Virus genome (UHGV): UHGV-1351447
Strand: one strand, 5' to 3'
Source: a virus
Length of the DNA: 18,502 nt
Shown: one piece after another, positions 1-5,564 of the stretch
Numbering within the stretch: the first letter of the stretch is position 1
How the letters are laid out: each line of letters begins with the position of its first letter
Made by a program: the position numbers and the translations under genes
The notes under the pieces: generated by a model
The model's input: only the letters and a program-made list of their open reading frames with translations
The model's database searches: none
Told to the model about the DNA's origin: nothing

Positions 1-55
1 AATTAATGAACATCGTTCATCAATGCGCGGTCAGTTTGACAATGAGGAAGGCGGC
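1..55. repeat. Left inverted terminal repeat (55 bp). It begins with the palindrome ATGAAC-ATC-GTTCAT (two 6-bp arms around a 3-bp spacer).
   Basis: Bases 1-55 are the exact reverse complement of 18448-18502. The match breaks at position 56 against 18447. Terminal repeats of this kind are the hallmark of linear, protein-primed genomes. Confidence 0.85.
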
Positions 56-64
56 TGTTATATT
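36..64 (+). promoter_or_regulatory. Sigma-70-type promoter TTGACA-17-TATATT, predicted start site near 71, reading rightward into the first early ORF.
   Basis: TTGACA lies at 36-41, followed by a 17-nt spacer and TATATT at 59-64. The -35 box is inside the terminal repeat, the -10 box just outside it. Confidence 0.55.
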
Positions 65-99
65 GTAAGTGTCAGTTAAACAAGTCAAAGGAGTCTACC

Positions 100-258
100 A
101 TGTTCTACGTAATCAAATATTACTGGCATAACAGTAAAAACGAAGTATACGAACTTAAACATATGCACTGCGAAACGATCAAAGCAGCATGCGAGTATCT
201 TCAATTCATGGAAAAACATCCCTCTTACGTTTTCGTCTCCATGAAGAAAGTAGGCTGA
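100..258 (+). CDS. Small early hypothetical protein, 52 aa (MFYVIKYYWHNSKNEVYELKHMHCETIKAACEYLQFMEKHPSYVFVSMKKVG). Not in the ORF track, which omits ORFs under 60 aa.
   Basis: A strong ribosome-binding site AAAGGAG lies at 87-93, 6 nt before the ATG at 100. The gene is AT-rich and is the first gene after the left-end promoter. Its TGA at 256-258 sits 2 nt before the next ATG. Confidence 0.45.
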   Translation: MFYVIKYYWHNSKNEVYELKHMHCETIKAACEYLQFMEKHPSYVFVSMKKVG

Positions 259-260
259 TT

Positions 261-491
261 ATGATACATCAGGTAGAATGCTGGGACTATAAAGAAGATT
301 TCACAGCAGAAAAGCCACCAACCACTCTAGAGTATATCACAGACTTCGACATGACAGATGAATATGTCTATGACACTTATGCAACATTCGATATAATCGT
401 AGTACGTGCCACTGTCATGAAAGAACATGGTCGAGTGGCGATACAATCACGTTATTATGTTATCGACAACACATGGATGGATTGGCGATGA
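261..491 (+). CDS. Acidic early hypothetical protein, 76 aa from the ATG at 261. The track ORF 189..491 is the same frame with an N-terminal extension. Net charge is about -8, so an anti-defence or DNA-mimic role is possible but speculative.
   Basis: Same frame as track ORF 189..491. The ATG at 261 is 2 nt after the stop of the 100..258 ORF, which suggests translational coupling. I counted 15 Asp/Glu against about 7 basic residues. Position at the genome end is early. Confidence 0.45.
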   Translation: MIHQVECWDYKEDFTAEKPPTTLEYITDFDMTDEYVYDTYATFDIIVVRATVMKEHGRVAIQSRYYVIDNTWMDWR

Positions 492-562
492 ACCCTGAAA
501 CCTTGTTTGCCATAATAGCATACGCAATTGCTATGGTTTACGTGATCAAAAGGTATAAATAA
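488..562 (+). CDS. Tiny hydrophobic peptide, 24 aa (MNPETLFAIIAYAIAMVYVIKRYK). Very tentative.
   Basis: Its ATG overlaps the TGA of the upstream ORF (ATGA). The peptide is a single hydrophobic stretch. There is no clear ribosome-binding site. Confidence 0.2.
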   Translation: MNPETLFAIIAYAIAMVYVIKRYK

Positions 563-587
563 AAAATTTGATTTGTGAAGATTCTGT

Positions 588-618
588 GAAAAGACCGGAT
601 TCCGGTCTTTTCGCTTTT
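588..618 (+). terminator. Rho-independent terminator or attenuator: hairpin AAAAGACCGGA / TCCGGTCTTTT followed by CGCTTTTC.
   Basis: Perfect inverted repeat 588-598 / 600-610 with a GC-rich core, then a T-run. It sits between the small early ORFs and the p6-like gene. Confidence 0.5.
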
Positions 619-626
619 CACGGGCG

Positions 627-632
627 TATAAT
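627..632 (+). promoter_or_regulatory. Candidate -10 box TATAAT for the p6-like and p5-like operon. The -35 box is weak.
   Basis: Consensus TATAAT at 627-632, about 45 nt upstream of the ATG at 676. No good -35 at 17 nt spacing (GGTCTT). It partly overlaps the terminator's T-tract. Confidence 0.3.
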
Positions 633-675
633 GGATATCGTCAAAGCAAGCCGACCGATCAAAGGAGATTACATT

Positions 676-939
676 ATGGCTGCTATCACCCGCACTTTCA
701 AGAGTTTCGAGCTGACCGCCTACGAGCTTGACGATTCCACGCCCCCGAGCGTGGCGGTCGTCGCCCAGTACGTCGTGCTGGACACCAACATGAACGTGCG
801 CAAAGCGCGTACCGCCTTCCGCGATGCCGGCGTGGCGCTGCCCAAGGGCTGCACAATCAAGTGGGTCGAAGGCGAGGAGAAGACCTATTCCATGCCCGTG
901 GAAACGTTCCTTGAAAACGCTACCGTCATCGACGCTTAA
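676..939 (+). CDS. Histone-like double-stranded DNA-binding protein, phi29 p6-like, 87 aa. The true start is the ATG at 676, not 568.
   Basis: Ribosome-binding site AAAGGAG at 661-667 with the ATG at 676. The 568 start of the track ORF would read through the terminator hairpin. The C-terminal motif KTYSMPVETFLENATVID resembles phi29 p6 as I recall it (HVYKMPVADFLKHAVRVE). The gene sits first in the 6-5-4-3-2 order. Confidence 0.45.
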   Translation: MAAITRTFKSFELTAYELDDSTPPSVAVVAQYVVLDTNMNVRKARTAFRDAGVALPKGCTIKWVEGEEKTYSMPVETFLENATVIDA

Positions 940-964
940 ACTAATAGACTAGAAGGAGAAAACC

Positions 965-1426
965 ATGCCTGAGAACAAAGACATCGCCATCGCCGAGGAA
1001 ATGCCCGTCAACGACCTCGCACCTGCCCGCACGTACGCCATCGCCGAGCTTGCCAAGCCCGAGGACAACACGTTCTGCTCGGTGAACCCGGAGCTTGGAG
1101 CGGATGCCAAGAAGCTGATCTACAACGCGTCCAACAATCCGACGCACAAGATCGACGACTTCATCAACAAGCAGATCGCGCTGAAAGACCTGTTCGTGGA
1201 GATCATCGAAATCGCAGACGAGGACGGCACCGTGGAGCAAGCCCCGCGCATCGTCCTCATCGACGACAAGGGCGAGAGCTACCAGTGCGTGTCGAACGGG
1301 GTGTGGGGCTCGCTCAAGAAGATGTTCGCCGTCTACGGAGCGCCAACCTACGAGGAGCCTATCAACGTGGTCGTCAAGCAGGTGAAGGTTAAGCGCGGTA
1401 CGATGCTCACCCTCGAAGTCGCTTAA
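965..1426 (+). CDS. Single-stranded DNA-binding protein, phi29 p5-like, 153 aa.
   Basis: Ribosome-binding site AAGGAG. It lies second in the early operon. The C-terminal pattern (DDKGESYQCVSNGV ... VKQVKVKRGTMLTLEV) resembles my recollection of phi29 p5 (ADGSLYSAISKTV ... KVKVVQGTSSKGNVFFSLQL). Confidence 0.45.
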   Translation: MPENKDIAIAEEMPVNDLAPARTYAIAELAKPEDNTFCSVNPELGADAKKLIYNASNNPTHKIDDFINKQIALKDLFVEIIEIADEDGTVEQAPRIVLIDDKGESYQCVSNGVWGSLKKMFAVYGAPTYEEPINVVVKQVKVKRGTMLTLEVA

Positions 1427-1439
1427 AGTTCGTAATCAC

Positions 1440-1467
1440 AGGCCGCACCCAGCGTGCGGCCTTTTTC
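1440..1467 (+). terminator. Rho-independent terminator: AGGCCGCAC-CCAGC-GTGCGGCCT followed by TTTTC.
   Basis: A 9-bp GC-rich stem with a 5-nt loop and a run of Ts, directly after the p5-like stop codon. Confidence 0.7.
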
Positions 1468-1478
1468 AGGAGGAAGCC

Positions 1479-1787
1479 GTGTTGTCGCTTGCAGACAAGG
1501 ATTTGATGGAGCAGTTCGTAGCGGACTCGTCGAACAGGGTGCTGAAGAAAGAGCTATGGGCGCATGCCGTCGTCCCGCAAGGCGTGGCCGTTTTCAAGCG
1601 CCATCATAACGGGCGCATCGAATATATGTTCACCAAGGACGACAAGTTCGATATGAAGCGGGACGACATAAACGACCTGCGCGAGCTTGTGCGCCGCTAC
1701 GTCATAGACGATTATATCGGACTCGTCTTCGTCATGCATTCGCAAGCGCTGAAAACGGTTTCCAAGCATATCAAATATCGTTATTGA
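1479..1787 (+). CDS. Early hypothetical protein, 102 aa, GTG start.
   Basis: Ribosome-binding site AGGAGGAAG at 1468-1476 precedes the GTG at 1479. Typical coding composition. No family recognised. Confidence 0.5.
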   Translation: MLSLADKDLMEQFVADSSNRVLKKELWAHAVVPQGVAVFKRHHNGRIEYMFTKDDKFDMKRDDINDLRELVRRYVIDDYIGLVFVMHSQALKTVSKHIKYRY

Positions 1788-1800
1788 AAGGAGGTGCGCC

Positions 1801-2205
1801 ATGCCTTCGAAAAACGGCGTTTTCTACGAGTTGAAGGAATCGCCTTACTCTTTCATGTACGGAGACTGTACGTTCTTCTTCTCGTCTAGGAAGCATCTTT
1901 CCAGTTTCATGGACAAGATCTGCGTCAGAACGCAATGGCTGGACGACAGCATGGAAAAGCGTTTCCACTTCTACGTCAATATGCAGCTGGTCGCCGCGTT
2001 CCAACTGTACTTCACGGTGGAGACCAGGGGGTGCTACGTCAGATTGGAAAACGGTGAGGAGCTGACATGCAGAGAGAACCTAAGATTAAATGGACTGAAA
2101 GCCAGCGTTCGCGCCTCAACTCCGCAGTCCGAAAGTACAACAACGCCATTCGACGGGCTATGCGGGCGAATCCCGCCAACGCCCAGTTCATGCCCGAGCC
2201 GGTAA
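1801..2205 (+). CDS. Transcriptional regulator, phi29 p4-like (late-gene activator and early repressor). Its 3-prime end overlaps the terminal-protein start in another frame.
   Basis: Ribosome-binding site AAAGGAGG. The N-terminus MPSKNGVFYELKESPYSFMYGDCTFFFSS aligns with phi29 p4 MPKTQRGIYHNLKESEYVASNTDVTFFFSS. The ETRGCYVRLENGEELT segment matches EKRGFHAWLKGDNATW. It lies directly upstream of the terminal protein, as in phi29. Confidence 0.75.
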   Translation: MPSKNGVFYELKESPYSFMYGDCTFFFSSRKHLSSFMDKICVRTQWLDDSMEKRFHFYVNMQLVAAFQLYFTVETRGCYVRLENGEELTCRENLRLNGLKASVRASTPQSESTTTPFDGLCGRIPPTPSSCPSR

Positions 2206-3250
2206 GCTACAAGGAAGTCAAAGCCGAGATCAAGAGCGCGCGCGTGCTTAACAACACGGTCGCGCGCTTGCTGCGCGCTACGCGCAAAGGAGCCTTGGAC
2301 TTGACGAACGTCGGAGAGGGAGGCATTGCCACGCGCTACGAAGTGCGGGAGTTCCAGATCGCGAAATCCGTCAACGAGCGGCGCAAGTCGCTGCGGCGCA
2401 AGAAGCTGGGGATCGACTACGGCCAGACCCTGGGACGCATGGGAACGTTGCAGCAGAACAACCTCCTTCCCGACAAGCGCACCGCGCGAGACTTCTCTCC
2501 CATCGCCCTCAAGCGCTTCATCAAGCGTTACGAGGAGCTGAGCGCCGCCTTACTCTTTCATGTACGGAGACTGTACGTTCTTCTTCTCGTCTAGGAAGCA
2601 TCTTTCCAGTTTCATGGACAAGATCTGCGTCAGAACGCAATGGCTGGACGACAGCATGGAAAAGCGTTTCCACTTCTACGTCAATATGCAGCTGGTCGCC
2701 GCGTTCCAACTGTACTTCACGGTGGAGACCAGGGGGTGCTACGTCAGATTGGAAAACGGTGAGGAGCTGACATGCAGAGAGAACCTAAGATTAAATGGAC
2801 TGAAAGCCAGCGTTCGCGCCTCAACTCCGCAGTCCGAAAGTACAACAACGCCATTCGACGGGCTATGCGGGCGAATCCCGCCAACGCCCAGTTCATGCCC
2901 GAGCCGGTAAGCTACAAGGAAGTCAAAGCCGAGATCAAGAGCGCGCGCGTGCTTAACAACACGGTCGCGCGCTTGCTGCGCGCTACGCGCAAAGGAGCCT
3001 TGGACTTGACGAACGTCGGAGAGGGAGGCATTGCCACGCGCTACGAAGTGCGGGAGTTCCAGATCGCGAAATCCGTCAACGAGCGGCGCAAGTCGCTGCG
3101 GCGCAAGAAGCTGGGGATCGACTACGGCCAGACCCTGGGACGCATGGGAACGTTGCAGCAGAACAACCTCCTTCCCGACAAGCGCACCGCGCGAGACTTC
3201 TCTCCCATCGCCCTCAAGCGCTTCATCAAGCGTTACGAGGAGCTGAGCGC
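1841..3250. repeat. Perfect tandem duplication with a 705-bp period: copy 1 is 1841-2545, copy 2 is 2546-3250.
   Basis: Position x matches position x+705 at every base I checked. Track ORFs 2067..2594 and 2772..3512 are identical for their first ~160 aa; 2560..2910 equals 1801..2205 minus its first 18 aa; 2326..2541 equals 3031..3246. The boundaries are defined by t1840 against c2545 and g2547 against a3252. Confidence 0.85.
2067..2594 (+). CDS. Truncated terminal-protein paralogue made by the 705-bp duplication: terminal-protein residues 1-160 fused to a novel 15-aa tail (ALLFHVRRLYVLLLV).
   Basis: Same ribosome-binding site (GAGGAG) and the same first 160 aa as the full terminal protein at 2772. 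The reading frame crosses the duplication junction at 2545/2546 and stops at 2594. Confidence 0.5.
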   Translation: MQREPKIKWTESQRSRLNSAVRKYNNAIRRAMRANPANAQFMPEPVSYKEVKAEIKSARVLNNTVARLLRATRKGALDLTNVGEGGIATRYEVREFQIAKSVNERRKSLRRKKLGIDYGQTLGRMGTLQQNNLLPDKRTARDFSPIALKRFIKRYEELSAALLFHVRRLYVLLLV

Positions 3251-3512
3251 CACGAGTTCCTACGAAAGGCTGAACAGGTACTACAAGAACTATATCAAAG
3301 GCCTCGACACGGTGTTCGGCGGCTACTCCGAGTTCGATGCGGCTATATCGCAGATCGCGAGGAAGATCGAATCCATGATGAAGTCCAACGCGGGCAAGCT
3401 CATGGAGTTCTTCGAGTCCGGAGACGAGCTTCTGAACATCGAGTACATCTACGCGCCGGAAGACCGCGCCGACAAGATGGGCTACATCCTCGACAGATGG
3501 GCTGAGCTATGA
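2772..3512 (+). CDS. Terminal protein, the replication primer (phi29 gp3-like), 246 aa.
   Basis: Ribosome-binding site GAGGAG 7 nt before the ATG. A basic N-terminal domain. It sits immediately upstream of the protein-primed DNA polymerase with a 1-nt gap (TGA-t-ATG), as gene 3 sits next to gene 2 in phi29. Size fits (phi29 terminal protein is 266 aa). Confidence 0.7.
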   Translation: MQREPKIKWTESQRSRLNSAVRKYNNAIRRAMRANPANAQFMPEPVSYKEVKAEIKSARVLNNTVARLLRATRKGALDLTNVGEGGIATRYEVREFQIAKSVNERRKSLRRKKLGIDYGQTLGRMGTLQQNNLLPDKRTARDFSPIALKRFIKRYEELSATSSYERLNRYYKNYIKGLDTVFGGYSEFDAAISQIARKIESMMKSNAGKLMEFFESGDELLNIEYIYAPEDRADKMGYILDRWAEL

Positions 3513-3513
3513 T

Positions 3514-5202
3514 ATGCAGTACTTCACGGCCGATTTCGAAACGACGGCAGACGACCTGACCCAAACGCGAGTTTGGGCGTGGGCTGCTTGCACCTTGAAA
3601 ACCTACGATATAACGACCGGAACTTCCATCGAAGGGTTCATGGAATGGTGCGAGCGCGCCCCTGACGCTCGCGTTTACTTCCACAACCTGAAATTCGACG
3701 GGAAGTTCATCATATCGCATCTGCTTGACGCGGGATGGGAATGGATTCCCAGCCACGGAGAGCAAGCGCCCTACCGGTTCACGACGCTGATCAGCGACAT
3801 GAACCAGTTCTACGCCATCAAGCTCTATTTCGGCAGAGGGCATTACATCGAATTCTGCGATTCGTTGAAGATCATCAGCTTGCCGGTCGCGAAGATTCCG
3901 CGCGCGTTCGGCTTCGAGGAAGAGGATGCGAAGCTCGAGATAGACTATGCGGAGCATCGCGACATCGATCATGTTCTGACGCAAGAGGAGATCGATTACA
4001 TTTCGGCCGACGTGAGGATCGTCGCGCGAGCCTTGGGCGAGCTGATCGACCAGGGAGCGACCAAGATCACGGCCGGGTCGAACGCCATCGCCGAGTACAA
4101 GAAGACGATAGGCGGAGAGAAGGGATTCAGACGGACGTTTCCAGTGTGCGACTACGACGCGGAGATCCGGCCATGCTACAAGGGCGGCTTCACGTACGTG
4201 AACCCCGATTTCAAAGGGCGCGACATCGGGGAGGGAATCGTCCTGGACGTTAACAGCCTGTACCCTTCCGTCATGGTCGGAGTCGGAGGCGAGATCCTGC
4301 CGTACGGTGATCCGATGCTCTTCGAAGGAGAGTACGTCCCGGATCCTCGATATCCGCTCTACATACAGACCGTGACCGTCGACTTCAAGCTCAAACCCGG
4401 CTTCATCCCTTGCTTGCAGCTCAAAGGCAACTTGAGTTTCATGCCGACCGAATACGTGATCGATTCCAAAGGCGAGCAGACGCTGGTATTGACAAGCGTC
4501 GACTTGGCGCTTCTGCGCGACCACTACGACATCTATTCCATCCGCTACGGAAAAGGCTGGAAGTTCAAGGCATCGAACAAGCTCTTCTACGATTTCATCA
4601 TGGCGGCCAACGAGGAGAAGGTGCATGCGGCCGAGGAGGGCAACGCCGGCAAGCGCTACATGGCGAAGCTCAAGATGAACTCCTCTTACGGCAAGATGGC
4701 GACGCATCCGGTCAAACGGAGCCGCCGGCCGGCCATGTGCGAGGACGGCATAGTGCGCTACCCTCTGCTCGACCCGGAAGCCACCGACGGCATGTACCTG
4801 CCGGCCGGGGCTTTCATCACGGCCTGGGCGAGGAACAAGACGATACGGAGCGCGCAGAAGGTGAAGGATCGCTTCCTCTACGCCGACACCGATTCGCTCC
4901 ATTTGGCAGGAACCGAGATCCCGGAAGAGCTTGACGTGGACGATTACCGTCTGGGAGCGTGGAAGCTCGAAAGCACGTTTCAGCGCGCAAGGTTCCTGCG
5001 TCCGAAGACCTACATCGAGGACGAGGGCGGCAAGCTCACCGTGCATTGCGCGGGGCTTCCCGAATCGTGCCACCCTCACGTCACATGGGATAATTTCCAT
5101 GTCGGCGCGAAATTTCCGGGAAAACTCTATTCCAAGACCGTAAAAGGCGGTATTATACTATACGAAGGTGATTTTGTCATCAGAAAGGAGACAGGCTTAT
5201 GA
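3514..5202 (+). CDS. Family-B DNA polymerase of the protein-primed type (phi29 gp2-like), 562 aa.
   Basis: Exonuclease motif Exo I DFETT at the N-terminus (MQYFTADFETT against phi29 MKHMPRKMYSCDFETT). Polymerase motif YADTDS (the YxDTDS signature). The Kx3NSxYG motif appears as KLKMNSSYGK. Size and position match phi29 DNA polymerase (575 aa). Confidence 0.92.
   Translation: MQYFTADFETTADDLTQTRVWAWAACTLKTYDITTGTSIEGFMEWCERAPDARVYFHNLKFDGKFIISHLLDAGWEWIPSHGEQAPYRFTTLISDMNQFYAIKLYFGRGHYIEFCDSLKIISLPVAKIPRAFGFEEEDAKLEIDYAEHRDIDHVLTQEEIDYISADVRIVARALGELIDQGATKITAGSNAIAEYKKTIGGEKGFRRTFPVCDYDAEIRPCYKGGFTYVNPDFKGRDIGEGIVLDVNSLYPSVMVGVGGEILPYGDPMLFEGEYVPDPRYPLYIQTVTVDFKLKPGFIPCLQLKGNLSFMPTEYVIDSKGEQTLVLTSVDLALLRDHYDIYSIRYGKGWKFKASNKLFYDFIMAANEEKVHAAEEGNAGKRYMAKLKMNSSYGKMATHPVKRSRRPAMCEDGIVRYPLLDPEATDGMYLPAGAFITAWARNKTIRSAQKVKDRFLYADTDSLHLAGTEIPEELDVDDYRLGAWKLESTFQRARFLRPKTYIEDEGGKLTVHCAGLPESCHPHVTWDNFHVGAKFPGKLYSKTVKGGIILYEGDFVIRKETGL
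5133..5163 (+). promoter_or_regulatory. Candidate late promoter inside the 3-prime end of the polymerase gene: TTCCAA-16-TATTAT, or TATACT. The -35 is weak, so it may depend on an activator.
   Basis: A local AT-rich island sits just upstream of the scaffold start at 5199. There is no intergenic space between the polymerase and scaffold genes. phi29 late promoter A3 likewise lacks a good -35 and needs p4. Confidence 0.25.
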
Positions 5203-5555
5203 GCAGGTACCAACCGAGCTTGCGCGAGCTGGCCATGGAGCCGGACGAGGACAAGCGGCTCGAGATGGCCGCGCGAATCGACGAGGACGCGGCCGAGCTG
5301 GACGACCGATGGGACGAGCGCGAAGGCTGGCGAAACGAGCGCGAGGAGTGGGACGCGGAGCGCGACCGCCTGAACGCCGAGCGCGACGAGGCCATCGCCG
5401 AACGCGACCGCTACCGCGAGGAGCGCGACGAGTCGCGCCGCAAGTACGCCGACCGGTTCTTCGCCGTCGAAGGCCAGACGCTGCTTCATGTGAACGAGGC
5501 CGGCGAGGAAGTTCGGCGCGAGCCGATCCGCAGCGCCGACGAGATCTGGGATTAA
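5199..5555 (+). CDS. Head scaffolding protein (phi29 gp7-like), 118 aa.
   Basis: Ribosome-binding site AAAGGAG. The ATG overlaps the polymerase stop codon. The protein is highly charged and looks like a coiled coil rich in E, R and D (RWDEREGWRNEREEWDAERDRLNAERDEAIAERDRYREERDE). It lies just upstream of the capsid gene. Confidence 0.65.
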   Translation: MSRYQPSLRELAMEPDEDKRLEMAARIDEDAAELDDRWDEREGWRNEREEWDAERDRLNAERDEAIAERDRYREERDESRRKYADRFFAVEGQTLLHVNEAGEEVRREPIRSADEIWD

Positions 5556-5564
5556 GGAGATATT

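Noticed and set aside
189-258. The 189 start of the track ORF 189..491.
   Set aside because: It would overlap the 100..258 ORF, which has a much better ribosome-binding site, by 70 nt. The in-frame ATG at 261 sits 2 nt after that ORF's stop. I prefer 261, but 189 cannot be excluded.
492-560. Possible small RNA in the AT-rich spacer 492-587 (imperfect hairpin ATAGCA-TACGCAAT-TGCTAT around 517-536).
   Set aside because: The stem is short and AT-rich and lies within a possible tiny ORF. The evidence is too weak to report as a feature.
568-675. N-terminal extension of the p6-like ORF from 568.
   Set aside because: The extension would be translated through the terminator hairpin (588-610) and the -10 box. 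A good ribosome-binding site and ATG exist at 676.
3735-4934. + strand alternative-frame ORFs inside the polymerase gene (3735..4253, 4410..4934, 4931..5143). Likewise inside the terminal-protein gene (2326..2541, 3031..3246), the capsid gene (6215..6586, 6583..6792, 6632..7102) and the tailspike and portal region (7546..7950, 8038..8424, 8742..9617).
   Set aside because: These are same-strand off-frame ORFs. Their translations are rich in Arg, Pro and Gly, and they lie inside genes with clear homology. They are high-GC artefacts.
3400-5100. Long reverse-strand ORFs across the window: 566 aa here antisense to the polymerase gene. The same applies to 5922..7148, 6653..8353, 8704..9786, 9627..10421, 13074..14057, 14457..15251 and 16333..17127.
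   Set aside because: Each lies antisense to a confidently identified + strand gene. The proteins are rich in Arg, Ala, Gly and Val, a low-complexity composition typical of non-coding frames in about 60% GC DNA. None has a ribosome-binding site. High GC suppresses stop codons in the wrong frames.
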